Source: Patescibacteria group bacterium (GTDB taxonomy: Bacteria; Patescibacteriota; Patescibacteriia; UBA1558; GWA2-36-10). Taken from it: a stretch of 64,000 nt of DNA. The DNA is taken from contig JBAZKN010000001.1 in assembly GCA_041650755.1 (NCBI GenBank), positions 238,886-302,885 of the forward strand. The letters run 5' to 3'. Each line of letters starts with the position of its first letter. The first letter of the stretch is position 1. This document shows positions 1 through 10,422 of this stretch, piece after piece. The translations under genes were made by a program, and so were the position numbers. Below the pieces are notes generated by a model. The model made no database searches. It saw only the letters and a program-made list of their open reading frames with translations, and was not told the DNA's origin.

Positions 1-628
1 ATTCGGTGTAGGCACCGCCGTCATCGCAGACTTCAGACAAAACTAATACCGCGCTACAAGAGCTGTTACAATAATCACTGCCGCTTTGCGTAGTGCCGTC
101 TCCGCAACCCTCGGTATCTGTATCGCCATCGTCGCATACCTCGGAGCCCTCCACTACCCCATCACCGCAGATTGTCGCACCGGCATTGTACCGGGTGATA
201 TTGTCACGATAAGAATAAATGGAAATCGGTGTGGTCGAAACAGCAATTTGGGCAATCACTTGCCGATTCCAATTGCCCACTGCCGAGGTGGTGGTAGCGG
301 TTGAGGTAACATATTTATATCCATCCATAATGCTAGATATTTGATATGCACAAGCAACACCGACAGTACTGATAGAGTAAGACCCTGATACAGTAGTACT
401 GGAGGAAATGCGCCACAAAGCATCATCAAGACAAGCATCAATATTATTGCTTACCTTAATTGCTTCAGAAACTTGATAATTTGATAAGGAATTAGAAGTA
501 TTTACCAGAGCAATAATCACGCTGGAAACAATTATTAAACTAGTGACCATGATTACCACCAGCAAAGCAATAAAACCCTGGTTTGACGTCTTTAATAGAC
601 TTAATAAATTTTTTATATACTTTAACAT
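1..628 (-). CDS. Pilin-like (minor pilin/pseudopilin-like) protein with Cys-rich CGDG/CDDG repeats; partial, with the C-terminus beyond the window start
   Basis: Not in the ORF track because no stop falls in the window. Manual minus-strand translation from ATG at 628-626 gives MLKYIKNLLSLLKTSNQGFIALLVVIMVTSLIIVSSV..., a prepilin-like leader plus hydrophobic helix (G|FIALL, no Glu+5). Further on come ...ICGDGVVEGSEVCDDGDTDTEGCGDGTT...SEVCDDGGAYTE, matching the CxxCGDG/E.CDDG cysteine-rich repeat type. The frame is open through to position 1. It starts 4 nt after the stop of the upstream pilin gene. Confidence 0.5.
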   Translation of the reverse strand, partial: MLKYIKNLLSLLKTSNQGFIALLVVIMVTSLIIVSSVIIALVNTSNSLSNYQVSEAIKVSNNIDACLDDALWRISSSTTVSGSYSISTVGVACAYQISSIMDGYKYVTSTATTTSAVGNWNRQVIAQIAVSTTPISIYSYRDNITRYNAGATICGDGVVEGSEVCDDGDTDTEGCGDGTTQSGSDYCNSSCSAVLVLSEVCDDGGAYTE

Positions 629-631
629 ATA

Positions 632-1912
632 TTAATTACCGGCCGATTGCAAAGCCCAAATTTCCTTATCGGTCAAAGCGCGCCCGTAAATACGGAAGTC
701 ATCCATCGTACCTTCAAAATTATAGCCGATTCGAGGATAATCAGCCGTTGAATCATTTACCAAAAAGGGCAGGGATGAAGCTGTGGTAGTGCTCACCCCG
801 CCAACTCCTTTTTTGAAAATCAGCATCTTGGCGCTATCATTGGGTTGGTCATAAACTATGGTAATATTATAAACCGTAGCGTCATCAACAACGCCAGCCA
901 CATCAAACACCGATTCACAAGTGGTGCCATCACAAAGATAAAAAACCATTTCACCCCAAGATTCTAGATTATAAAAATAATAACCCTTGATGCTGCTCGC
1001 GTTTTTATCGATAAAGGTGTGTTCAATTTCACCTGGGCTATCTGTCTTAAACCACACCGAAATTGTAAAACTGTTGCCAAGATTTAATTTTTCTGGATTA
1101 TCCACAGAACAGCTGTCTGAATCTGAAACATTAAAATCAAAAGCTTTGCTGCTGCCATTAATCAAAGGATCCACCGAAGATGGCCCGCCAGTACCGGTAC
1201 AAGTCAAATTATAGCCGCTAATACTATCTGCAGCCGTAGCTGTGTCTGTCTCATCAAATTTCCACCAAGAAATCAGGCCGCTAGGTTGCTCATTGCGCAA
1301 AACCTCTGTGCTGGTGGCGGCCGAACTGGCCTGCAAATTTACTTGGCCGGCAGATGGAACACTGACTTTGACATGGGTGGTAATACTCCTGAAACCATCC
1401 AAAGTACTGGTGGCTGTCGAAGTAGCAAAAGTCAAATCTGTATTGGTAACCATTAAATCCGGCCCGGTCAGCCAATAGCTATTGCCGGCTGTAGCTGAAC
1501 AAGCGCCATATTGACCATTGTTGGTAATATTAGGATAGCAGGTCATTTTTATCCGGTTACTAGATATGGTGATTTTCACACCACCCCCATTTTCCACGCA
1601 AGTACCCGGCAGCCAGGTGTCATTATTAAAATAAAGAGCTAAAATCGGCGGCGTCACCCCAAAACTAGAGCAATCGCCACTAGTGTCTTTCAAAAAACCG
1701 TCGGCGTTGCGTATCAAATAGCTGATGATATTTAAAGACAGGCGGCGATCCCTAGAAACATCGATATTTGAGCCCAGTTTACTGGTGGTACGGCCCAAAG
1801 TCATGCTAAACTCTATCACCGATGTCAAGATAATGCCAACAATGGCCAAATACAAAATTGTCTCAATCAGAGTAAACCCCGTTCTATTATTTTTAAAAAA
1901 TTTGGCTGGCAT
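632..1912 (-). CDS. Type IV pilin-like protein (426 aa) with C-terminal LamG/concanavalin-like domain
   Basis: N-terminus MPAKFFKNNRTG|FTLIETILYLAIVGIIL is a classic prepilin cleavage/methylation motif (G-F-T-L-I-E) plus TM helix. C-terminus ...TMDDFRIYGRALTDKEIWALQ matches the Laminin_G_3 signature. Confidence 0.65.
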   Translation of the reverse strand: MPAKFFKNNRTGFTLIETILYLAIVGIILTSVIEFSMTLGRTTSKLGSNIDVSRDRRLSLNIISYLIRNADGFLKDTSGDCSSFGVTPPILALYFNNDTWLPGTCVENGGGVKITISSNRIKMTCYPNITNNGQYGACSATAGNSYWLTGPDLMVTNTDLTFATSTATSTLDGFRSITTHVKVSVPSAGQVNLQASSAATSTEVLRNEQPSGLISWWKFDETDTATAADSISGYNLTCTGTGGPSSVDPLINGSSKAFDFNVSDSDSCSVDNPEKLNLGNSFTISVWFKTDSPGEIEHTFIDKNASSIKGYYFYNLESWGEMVFYLCDGTTCESVFDVAGVVDDATVYNITIVYDQPNDSAKMLIFKKGVGGVSTTTASSLPFLVNDSTADYPRIGYNFEGTMDDFRIYGRALTDKEIWALQSAGN

Positions 1913-1915
1913 ATA

Positions 1916-4900
1916 TTATTTAAAATTCCATTTGACTGAATATAAAGTTGGCGCCTGTGAATTACTGTTACAGTTAGTCATATCCACCTTATAGCGCAAA
2001 TAGCGCTTATGATTCAAAGTCACGGGCGTACTGCTGGTATATATACTGGCGCTAACATCGCTAAAAACGTTGGAAACCACACTGGAAAAAGCTGAACTAT
2101 CTGAAGCCTCCATGGTAATGCTCAAGCCACAACCGGACGGCACGTTTTGCTCCACCGTCACGCTGCGCAATTCTTTGTCGGCCGAACCGAGATCATAAAT
2201 AGAAGAATATATATAGCCCGGCGACTGATAGCCGGAAGCGGCCGCTTCTTCGCCAATGCTATAAAAGGTCGAAGTTGAATTTATATTATTATAGCCGGTA
2301 GTCATCCAGCCTGCACTGCGCAAAGTCAGCGAAACTCTAAATTCATCCAACTCCCCTTTGAAAAAATAATCAGTAAGAGAATACCATCTGCCTATAACCC
2401 CGTCATATGTCTCACCAATAGATAGGCCGACTGATGTAGTGGCTAGGCTAGTATCTGCCGCGGTATTAAGATAAAACTGATAACCCACATCTCTATCGGC
2501 TGTCAAAGCAGTGTAGGTCCAAGTTGAATCATCCGCTGTTATGGCACTGCTATAAAAATTACCCAACTGCGCGTGATTATCATTGCCCATGCCAAAACGT
2601 AATTTTCTTAAAGTAGGATAATAAGCAAACATCCAACCATCATCATTACTAAAATCACCATTACCAAAATATATCAGGCCGTTGGAGGTACTCACATAAG
2701 TTGCCGATGGCTTGACCCAAAACTCTACTGTGAAATCATTGGTCGTCTGATCTTTATCAGCGTTCTTCTCAACTGTCAAATAGTCATAACTACCGTCAAA
2801 GCTCTGGCCACGGCCTATTTTACCAGAAGATCCAGTCGGTGCATTGACCCCATATTTGAACCAGCCGTTGCTGCTAGTCAAGCTTGTACTCACTCCGCCA
2901 ACACCGACATCATTCATATGGCTGACTATCTGATAATTATTGCTCCAAACGCCATCAACGTTCTCTTGGGTGCTGGTAATATTTGGATTGCCGTAAAACA
3001 TGTAAATAGTTGTATTGGTAGCTAAAGACGGAATTTTCACCCAAGCCACCAATTCTCCATTGGTCGGATTATAAGTTTCTATTTCATGGTCCAATACAGT
3101 ATTACCGTCTGAATCAGAGGCAAAAATAATATCATAACCGTTTTCATTATATACCTTGCCGCCGTTGGCAACGCTTTTTAGATACTCTTGCGTCTCAGAA
3201 ATCACCACCGGAAAATCAGTGTGCGGCCCGCTTGATACTGTGCTGCCCAAGCCCAAAGTGATTGCCCGCTTATAGTCAAAAGTACCGCCGGTTGCCTTGG
3301 TAAAAGACCTGCCGATAAAATGCAGGTTTACCAGATTACTGGTGGCTACGTGATCATGCACAAAAAATCCATAAGAAGTCGTGCTATACAACATCTGATC
3401 GTAAGTATAGTAATTGGAATGCGTATTAAAGGTGGTATTACTCATGCTAGCATCCGTCGGACTTGCCCTATTGGTAATATCAATGGCATAAACGCTGGCC
3501 GGGCTATAATAATGCAGAAAAGCCATATTGGCTCGATCAGAAGTCACTTCAGCATATGACTGGCTGGTCGGTACGTTATAGGAGCCAATTTTTGTAAGAG
3601 AACTTCCCTGATCTTCTACAATCATAAATTCCTCAGTAGAAGATTCTGTGCCCAAAATAAACCTATTTTTACCGGATGAAACTTCTAAGAGCTCAATATC
3701 TGTATAGTCAGCCGTTGGACTACTGTCAACATAGGCATAAGTAGAGGTAGAGCTAAACCACTGTTTGTCAGAATCAAAACCCATTTTAATAAACTCTCCA
3801 GAATTATGGTCAGTCACTAAATATATATAGGGATTAGCCGCTGATTCATCCAAATAGACTTGATTGATCGTATAGCCAGATGCTGGAGTCAAAACTTGCC
3901 CGGCATTCAATAAAGCAAGCGTTGCTCCGCCATTGGATATGGAAAAAGTATAACCATAGCCATAATTATCAAATACATATAGTCTATCAGCGGCAGCATT
4001 GATAACCATGCTGGTAATATACCAAGTAGCGCCCGGGGGATTCAAATCATAGCAATCATTGACGGTATCTAGACTAAGATCATTTAAATCAGTTATGCAA
4101 ATCACATCCTCCGTAGTGGTAGCCAACCGCCTTCCCAAGTATGCGTAATCGCTATTGGGATTAATGGCCATAGCCATCATATGCCACCAGGATAAAGGTA
4201 TTTTAAATTCTGGCCTGATAATGCCGGCGGCTGCCCGAGAAATATCGTATTTAACAAAATCAAAATTTACCGTCCCAATGATATAAAGGCTTTTCCCGTC
4301 CGGCCCCAAATAATAATTATAAAAATCTTCCCAAGCTTGATATTTGGCCGTCACATCCTGCGTAAGATCTGCCCAGGCAGACCAGCTCATTTCCGTGCCG
4401 GAAATTTGTGAGAGGGTTAATTCACCGGACGTAGAAGTATTGACATTACTAAAACTGGACGAGGCCATAGCGGCATCGCTCCAAAATTCACGCGCACCAT
4501 TACCAGACCAATCTGTCTGCAGCCAAGATTGGCTGGACCAATTACTAAAATAAGAAGTCAAAGTATAATCGCTGATACCAAAACCAGATACAGTGACTAA
4601 GACTTTTTTAGTATCCGGATCATTGGTCCCACCGCTGGCAACAATATTATAGCTAGTATCCCTCTGCACATCACTGACTACAATAATCCTAGTTAGAGTA
4701 CCCAGAGTATTGCTGGTACCGCTATACTCCCACAGACCGCTGGCGTTTTTCACCACGCCTTTGTTGCCAGCGCCAGCCGCCGCCACAAAAGCCTGCCAGC
4801 TATTATCCCTCATGCTTTTGACTGCCTCCATGCCTTCTTGCGCAAACTGAACTACCACCTGCCGATCGCCGCCACCAAAAAAATTTCTATATGAACTAAG

Positions 4901-5005
4901 CACTACATAGGTCACTCCGGCTGCCAGAATAGCAAAAATGCCGATCGCCACCAAAAGCTCGACCAAAGAAAATCCTTGATTCTGTTTTTTGCGTCTAAGT
5001 GCCAT
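1916..5005 (-). CDS. Giant type IV pilin-like protein (1029 aa) with LamG-like domain
   Basis: N-terminus MALRRKKQNQG|FSLVELLVAIGIFAILAAGV is a prepilin motif with Glu+5. The rest is a large extracellular region containing FWVKPS...GELDEFRVSLTL, which is LamG_3-like. Confidence 0.65.
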   Translation of the reverse strand: MALRRKKQNQGFSLVELLVAIGIFAILAAGVTYVVLSSYRNFFGGGDRQVVVQFAQEGMEAVKSMRDNSWQAFVAAAGAGNKGVVKNASGLWEYSGTSNTLGTLTRIIVVSDVQRDTSYNIVASGGTNDPDTKKVLVTVSGFGISDYTLTSYFSNWSSQSWLQTDWSGNGAREFWSDAAMASSSFSNVNTSTSGELTLSQISGTEMSWSAWADLTQDVTAKYQAWEDFYNYYLGPDGKSLYIIGTVNFDFVKYDISRAAAGIIRPEFKIPLSWWHMMAMAINPNSDYAYLGRRLATTTEDVICITDLNDLSLDTVNDCYDLNPPGATWYITSMVINAAADRLYVFDNYGYGYTFSISNGGATLALLNAGQVLTPASGYTINQVYLDESAANPYIYLVTDHNSGEFIKMGFDSDKQWFSSTSTYAYVDSSPTADYTDIELLEVSSGKNRFILGTESSTEEFMIVEDQGSSLTKIGSYNVPTSQSYAEVTSDRANMAFLHYYSPASVYAIDITNRASPTDASMSNTTFNTHSNYYTYDQMLYSTTSYGFFVHDHVATSNLVNLHFIGRSFTKATGGTFDYKRAITLGLGSTVSSGPHTDFPVVISETQEYLKSVANGGKVYNENGYDIIFASDSDGNTVLDHEIETYNPTNGELVAWVKIPSLATNTTIYMFYGNPNITSTQENVDGVWSNNYQIVSHMNDVGVGGVSTSLTSSNGWFKYGVNAPTGSSGKIGRGQSFDGSYDYLTVEKNADKDQTTNDFTVEFWVKPSATYVSTSNGLIYFGNGDFSNDDGWMFAYYPTLRKLRFGMGNDNHAQLGNFYSSAITADDSTWTYTALTADRDVGYQFYLNTAADTSLATTSVGLSIGETYDGVIGRWYSLTDYFFKGELDEFRVSLTLRSAGWMTTGYNNINSTSTFYSIGEEAAASGYQSPGYIYSSIYDLGSADKELRSVTVEQNVPSGCGLSITMEASDSSAFSSVVSNVFSDVSASIYTSSTPVTLNHKRYLRYKVDMTNCNSNSQAPTLYSVKWNFK

Positions 5006-5507
5006 AATATACCAAGCCCACTGCCGTCACCGTAACAGTCAGCTGCTCGCCAATATTGTTTTTTAAAATAATAGTTTTATCATCATCGGAGCTTGACCAG
5101 CCAGAGATGGGATTAAAATAAAAGGACTGAATCTGGCTGCTTTCCAAATAAACGCCATTATTTATATTGACCACCCGGTCATAGCCCATATCGCGAGTAG
5201 AATAAGCAGTCCCCTTAAAAACTACGATGCAATCACCGCTATCCTGACAATAGCCATTATCATTGAGGACTTGCACTCCCCAGGCACTGCCAAAATAGCC
5301 GCTAGCGGCATAGCCGCGAGCTTCACTGATTAACTCTACGACTTCCCTGGCTTTGGCGTCCAAACTTTTTTGCGGAGTTTTGCTACCCAAGATTGAGACG
5401 CCAATGGATAACAAAATCAAAGCCACGGCTATCACGATCAAAATTTCAATCAAAGTAAACCCCGCCAGAGAAGCACTAAAATTATTATTTTTAAAACGCC
5501 TTGCCAT
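4995..5507 (-). CDS. Type IV pilin / pseudopilin (170 aa), candidate major pilin
   Basis: MARRFKNNNFSASLAG|FTLIEILIVIAVALILLSIGVSIL is a prepilin N-terminal methylation motif. It sits immediately downstream of pilC. Confidence 0.7.
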   Translation of the reverse strand: MARRFKNNNFSASLAGFTLIEILIVIAVALILLSIGVSILGSKTPQKSLDAKAREVVELISEARGYAASGYFGSAWGVQVLNDNGYCQDSGDCIVVFKGTAYSTRDMGYDRVVNINNGVYLESSQIQSFYFNPISGWSSSDDDKTIILKNNIGEQLTVTVTAVGLVYYGT

Positions 5508-5513
5508 AAAAAA

Positions 5514-6728
5514 TTAGGCTCCGGTTGCTTGGATTAATTTAAAAATCGGCTGAATAATGGAAATGGCGGCAAAAGCGACGGTCAAACCGATAATCACCAA
5601 AAGAGCCGGCTCCAAAACATTAGAAAAATTCTTAGTAGTATTATCCACATCCTCCTCATAAAAACTAGCCAAATATTCCAACACTTCACTTAAATTACCG
5701 GACCGCTCGCCCACTCTGATCATCCGATATAAAATGGAAGGAAAATATTTTCTATTACTCAAAGAGTCAGCCAAAGAATTGCCTTTCAAAATATTATGAT
5801 AAACAATGGTGATCTGCTCTTTGTAAACGGCGCTGGGCAAAGTCTCGGCCACAATTTGCAGAGCCTTATCAATGGTAATGCCGCTATTCAATAACGAGGC
5901 CATCGTGCGGCAAAACAAGGCCAGATTCATGTTGCGAGAAATTTTACCAAACAGGGGCAGCTTAAGGGCGATATAATGCAGCCACAGCTTGGTGTTATAA
6001 AAACGCAACATCACCTGAATAGCTACAAATATCAGAGCTACGCCGCCAACTACTGCCCACCAATATTTCTCCATAAAAGTAGCTGTGGTTATCAATATCT
6101 TGGTGGACAATGGCAAATCAGTGCCCAAGCCCACAAAAAATGTCATCAAGCGCGGCAAAACATAAACAGAAATTATGGCCACCAAAACGATTACCAAGAC
6201 GATAACTATCGTTGGGTAAATAGAGGCTGCCCTGATTTTATTTCTCAAGTCATAAGTCTTGTGCTGCTGGGCAGCTAATAATTCTAAGTTTTTGGCCAGC
6301 GTGCCGCCCGACTCACCGACCGCTACCATGTTGACAAATAAATTATCAAAATCGCGCGGATATTTTTTTAAAGACACCGACAAAGCATTGCCCTTGCGCA
6401 CATCAGATAAAACCTGGTTCATCCTTTGGGAAAAAAGCTGTGAAGCATTTTCGGATAAAACCTCCAGAGCTCCGTCAATAGACATGCCGGCTTTGATCAT
6501 GACGGACAAATGCTTAGCAAACATGACCTTCTCTAGCAGCCTGATATGGCCTATGGTTAAATTAAATTCTAAAACTTTATGTTTTTTATCTTGCAAAATC
6601 GGCTCCAGAGAAACAATGGTGCCCTCCTGCAAGGCCAGACGATTGCGGGCATCCACCAAGGTAGCTGCTTCCAATTTACCTTTGCTGATTTTACCCTTAC
6701 TATCGCTTAATTGATAAGCAAATTGCAT
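5514..6728 (-). CDS. pilC: Type IV pilus assembly platform protein PilC (GspF/T2SS-F family)
   Basis: 404 aa with two T2SSF-type repeats and 3 TM segments. Adjacent to pilB. Confidence 0.85.
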   Translation of the reverse strand: MQFAYQLSDSKGKISKGKLEAATLVDARNRLALQEGTIVSLEPILQDKKHKVLEFNLTIGHIRLLEKVMFAKHLSVMIKAGMSIDGALEVLSENASQLFSQRMNQVLSDVRKGNALSVSLKKYPRDFDNLFVNMVAVGESGGTLAKNLELLAAQQHKTYDLRNKIRAASIYPTIVIVLVIVLVAIISVYVLPRLMTFFVGLGTDLPLSTKILITTATFMEKYWWAVVGGVALIFVAIQVMLRFYNTKLWLHYIALKLPLFGKISRNMNLALFCRTMASLLNSGITIDKALQIVAETLPSAVYKEQITIVYHNILKGNSLADSLSNRKYFPSILYRMIRVGERSGNLSEVLEYLASFYEEDVDNTTKNFSNVLEPALLVIIGLTVAFAAISIIQPIFKLIQATGA

Positions 6729-6732
6729 ATTA

Positions 6733-8418
6733 TTATTCTTTAGTTACTCTGAATACTTCTTCCATGGTGGTCTTGCCAGCAAAAGCTTTGATAAAGCCGT
6801 CCTCCAGCATACTCACCATGCCATTGGCCATGGCCTGTTTTTGAATCTGATCAGAATCGGCTCGGCCAAGAATAAGCTCCTTGATATTTTCTGATAATTG
6901 CAAAACTTCAAAAATACCCAAGCGGCCGCTATAACCGGTGTGATTACAATTATCGCAACCTTTGCCTTTATATACTCTGATTTCTTTGACCTGTTGTGCA
7001 TCAACGAATTTATCAAGGTTAATTTGTTGGCGCAGATCATTTACTTCTTGTGGATTCAAAGTATAGCTATATATGCACTTCATGCAAATCCTGCGCACCA
7101 GGCGCTGGCCAATAATAACATTGATGGTCGAGGCCACCAAAAATGGCTCAATGTGCATATCTATCAGGCGCGGCAAAGCAGTGGCGGCATCATTGGTGTG
7201 CAAAGTAGACAAAACCATGTGGCCGGTCATGGCCGAATTGACAGCAATGCCGGCGGTTTCATTGTCGCGAATTTCTCCAACCATGATGACATCCGGATCC
7301 TGCCGCAGCAACGAACGCAAACCGGCCGCAAAAGTAAGATTGGTCATGGGGTTGACCTGTACTTGATTCACGCCATCCAAACTATATTCTACTGGATCTT
7401 CAATAGTACAAATATTTACATCCCGATGATTCAAAAGCTTGATCAGAGCATAAAGCGTGGTTGTTTTACCGGAGCCAGTCGGACCAGTGGACAAAACCAT
7501 GCCATAAGGCTTGTTGATGGCTTCAGTGACTTTGGCCAAATCCGCCTCACTCATCCCTAATTCTTCCAAAGTAAATTGCTTGCCCTGGGAAGACAATAAG
7601 CGCATCACTACTTTCTCTCCATGAATAATCGGCAAAATGGAAACCCTGATATCCACCTTGATACCCTCAACTTCTGTAATAATTTTGCCATCCTGGGCGC
7701 TGCGACTTTCATCGGTCCTCAACTTAGCCAATATTTTAATACGGGCCACAATCATCTCTAAAATATTTTTGGGTAGGTTGATAATATCGTACAAAATGCC
7801 ATCAATCCGAAAACGAACAACTATTTCTTTTTCGGTGGGCTCGATATGTATATCAGAAGCATGATTAATAAAGCCGTAGCTAATCACATCATCCACCAAA
7901 CGAACTACCGAAATATCTTCCTGAGTGGCTCCTTGGGCCTTGATGGCATTTTTCTGAATATTACTGACATATTCTTTTTGTATAGTCTGACGATATAAAC
8001 TAAAGCTATTATTGATTTCATAATCAGTTGAATAGAAAGGCAACACCTTATCACCCAATTTTTTTTCTAGGGCTTTAATCATCGGATAATCAAACGGATC
8101 ACTCATGGCGACCTTGGCGCCCTCGGCGTCTCTGGCAAATAATATGACTCGCTGCTTGCGCGCCACAATTTCCGGCAACAAAGTCAAAACATCCGATTTG
8201 ATATTTTCCTTGGCAAGATTAGCGTATTTAACATGTAGATTATTGGCAATCAACTGGCCTATTTCCTGGGGCTTGATTAAGTCCTGCTTAATCAAAAATG
8301 TTGCCAAATCTTCATTTTTTTCCCGAGCAGTCTTTAGAGCCATATCCAAAACATCTGGCTTAATCAGCCCAATCTTAGTGATTATTTGATAAATTTTGTC
8401 ATCAGAAAATGCTGGCAT
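6733..8418 (-). CDS. pilB: Type IV pilus assembly ATPase PilB (GspE family)
   Basis: Has a GspE N-terminal domain, Walker A LSTGPTGSGKTTTLYA, and a tetra-Cys zinc motif CMKC...CDNC. Confidence 0.9.
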   Translation of the reverse strand: MPAFSDDKIYQIITKIGLIKPDVLDMALKTAREKNEDLATFLIKQDLIKPQEIGQLIANNLHVKYANLAKENIKSDVLTLLPEIVARKQRVILFARDAEGAKVAMSDPFDYPMIKALEKKLGDKVLPFYSTDYEINNSFSLYRQTIQKEYVSNIQKNAIKAQGATQEDISVVRLVDDVISYGFINHASDIHIEPTEKEIVVRFRIDGILYDIINLPKNILEMIVARIKILAKLRTDESRSAQDGKIITEVEGIKVDIRVSILPIIHGEKVVMRLLSSQGKQFTLEELGMSEADLAKVTEAINKPYGMVLSTGPTGSGKTTTLYALIKLLNHRDVNICTIEDPVEYSLDGVNQVQVNPMTNLTFAAGLRSLLRQDPDVIMVGEIRDNETAGIAVNSAMTGHMVLSTLHTNDAATALPRLIDMHIEPFLVASTINVIIGQRLVRRICMKCIYSYTLNPQEVNDLRQQINLDKFVDAQQVKEIRVYKGKGCDNCNHTGYSGRLGIFEVLQLSENIKELILGRADSDQIQKQAMANGMVSMLEDGFIKAFAGKTTMEEVFRVTKE

Positions 8419-8427
8419 AAATTTTAT

Positions 8428-8850
8428 TTAGCTATTATGATTATTATTTTTGGCTTGCTTGCTTTGTGTCTTGGAGTTCAAATATTGGCTGACTTTATCA
8501 ACCAGCAAATCCAAAGTGATGCTGTCTTTTTTTAAATAATCAACCGCCCCCAAGTCTATGCCTTTTTTTCTGTCATTTTCCTGGGCCAGATTAGACAGGA
8601 TAACTACCGGAATATTGTGCGTCTTGGGGTTGTGCTGTAATTCAGTCAAAACCTCAAAGCCACTTTTCTTGGGCATGATCATATCTAAAATAATCAGATC
8701 TGGATCTTCCAATTGGGCTTTTTCTAGACCCTCTTCACCATCGGCTGCCAAACTGACCTGATAGCCATGATCGGTCAATTCAGCCTGATAGACTTTGCGC
8801 AAAAAAGCATCATCATCAACAAATAATATTTTTGCTTTAGCTTCTGACAT
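8428..8850 (-). CDS. CheY-like response regulator (receiver domain only; PilH/PilG-like)
   Basis: ILFVDDDAFLRKV...DLIILDMIMPKKSGFEVL is the receiver-domain acidic pocket with the phospho-acceptor Asp. Confidence 0.8.
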   Translation of the reverse strand: MSEAKAKILFVDDDAFLRKVYQAELTDHGYQVSLAADGEEGLEKAQLEDPDLIILDMIMPKKSGFEVLTELQHNPKTHNIPVVILSNLAQENDRKKGIDLGAVDYLKKDSITLDLLVDKVSQYLNSKTQSKQAKNNNHNS

Positions 8851-8856
8851 GGATTT

Positions 8857-10422
8857 TTAAATTAATTTATTAACATCTAATATCAAAATTGGCCGGCCAG
8901 CTGAAGAAATGCCAACCCCCCTGATAAAATCCAAACTGCGTAAACTAGTCGGCGATTTTTTCATCACCAATTCGCTCTCCTTCAAGTTGCCGGCAATCGG
9001 TAAAGCATATCGACCAGATTGGTTTTTGATATACAAAACATATTTAGCCAAAGGCGGCCAATGCGGTAAGGCCAAAACTTTATTTAAAGACAAGAGCTGC
9101 AGCCGTCGCTGATTGCGCACAAAAAATTTATCTTTACTAAAATCTCGTAAATCATCTAGCTTCACTAATTTATCTACCTGTGCCAGAGGTATAGCTAGCG
9201 ACCAATCACCCACCTGAAAAGTAATGCTTCTAAATACAGACAAAGTGAGCGGCAAAGTAATAGTAAACACCGTACCCTTGTTGGCCTGGCTACTGACGCT
9301 GATCTGGCCGTGTAAACCCAAAACCTTGCTTTTAACCAGGCTCAAGCCCACGCCCCGACCGGCATTGGTGCTGATCGTGCTTTGACTGGACATACCAGGC
9401 TGAAACAACAGGTCAGCGAGCTGATTGGTGGTCAATTTTTTGGCCGCCCGGGCATCAATCATTTTGTGCTTAATGGCCAGCTCTACAACTTTTTGCCAAT
9501 CAATGCCACGGCCATTATCAGATACTTTTATTACGATCTGATCTGATTCCAAAATGGCGCTAACCTTGACTTGACCATTTTTTTGTTTCAGCCAGATACC
9601 ATGGACAATAGAATTCTTTACCAACTGGACAACTACGATCAAAAGTTCATCTAGGGTAGACTTATTGAGAGATAATTTATTATCTTCGATAATAAAATCA
9701 ATTTTTTTATCTTCATCTTTGGCTACCGACCGCACTAAATATGGCAAAGAAGAAAAGGCTTGGGCCAAAGATACAATGCGCAAACGTTCTAGCTCGCGGC
9801 GCAAATTATTCACTAGGGTATCAGCCGACACACAATCAGCCAGCAGCTGACTCTGGTTTAGTTTTATAGCTTTGGCTTTTATGGCCATGATGTTGACCAA
9901 GAGGTCATCGACTATATTTTGTACCTTATCAAATTTATCATCTGTGACAGTGATTTCGCTGCTTTTAGACACAGCTACTATGCTAGGAGTGGCTGCCTTG
10001 CCGGTCTTGATTTTGTCCTTTGTTTTGGCAGATTTTGGAGCTAATGGCCGCTGCAAAATATTTTGCAAATCTCCCCTGCTTTGGGAAAAATCCAGCTGTT
10101 TGTCATTTTTTTGAATAGACTGCAAATTAGCATTCAATAAATCAACCTGACGGAATAATAAATCTAAAATGTCTTTACTTAAAATAAGGTGGCCGGCACC
10201 GGCTGCTTGAACCACGCTTTCTATATCATGGACGAAATCAACTGTCTGCTTATAGCCCATCATAGCCGCTGAACCTTTCATTGAATGCAAAGACTGGGCT
10301 AAACGCGTTACAGTAGCCTGATCTTGGGGATTCTTATCTAAAATTAAAAGCCAATCAGCTAATTCTTTGAGTTGCTCTTGGGTGCTGGTCAAATATAAAT
10401 CTTTATACTTTTCGCTAATCAT
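8857..10422 (-). CDS. CheA-like histidine kinase (Hpt - dimerization/HATPase_c - CheW domain; ChpA/PilL-like)
   Basis: N-terminal Hpt motif AQSLHSMKGSAAMMGY. Also has an N-box LVKNSIVHGI, a G1 box DNGRGID, a G2 box GRGVGLSLV, and a C-terminal CheW-like domain. Confidence 0.8.
   Translation of the reverse strand: MISEKYKDLYLTSTQEQLKELADWLLILDKNPQDQATVTRLAQSLHSMKGSAAMMGYKQTVDFVHDIESVVQAAGAGHLILSKDILDLLFRQVDLLNANLQSIQKNDKQLDFSQSRGDLQNILQRPLAPKSAKTKDKIKTGKAATPSIVAVSKSSEITVTDDKFDKVQNIVDDLLVNIMAIKAKAIKLNQSQLLADCVSADTLVNNLRRELERLRIVSLAQAFSSLPYLVRSVAKDEDKKIDFIIEDNKLSLNKSTLDELLIVVVQLVKNSIVHGIWLKQKNGQVKVSAILESDQIVIKVSDNGRGIDWQKVVELAIKHKMIDARAAKKLTTNQLADLLFQPGMSSQSTISTNAGRGVGLSLVKSKVLGLHGQISVSSQANKGTVFTITLPLTLSVFRSITFQVGDWSLAIPLAQVDKLVKLDDLRDFSKDKFFVRNQRRLQLLSLNKVLALPHWPPLAKYVLYIKNQSGRYALPIAGNLKESELVMKKSPTSLRSLDFIRGVGISSAGRPILILDVNKLI

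Noticed and set aside
6898-7560. 220-aa plus-strand ORF
   Set aside because: Lies entirely antisense within pilB, which has strong Walker A and GspE motifs in the other strand. No motif of its own; typical spurious shadow ORF.
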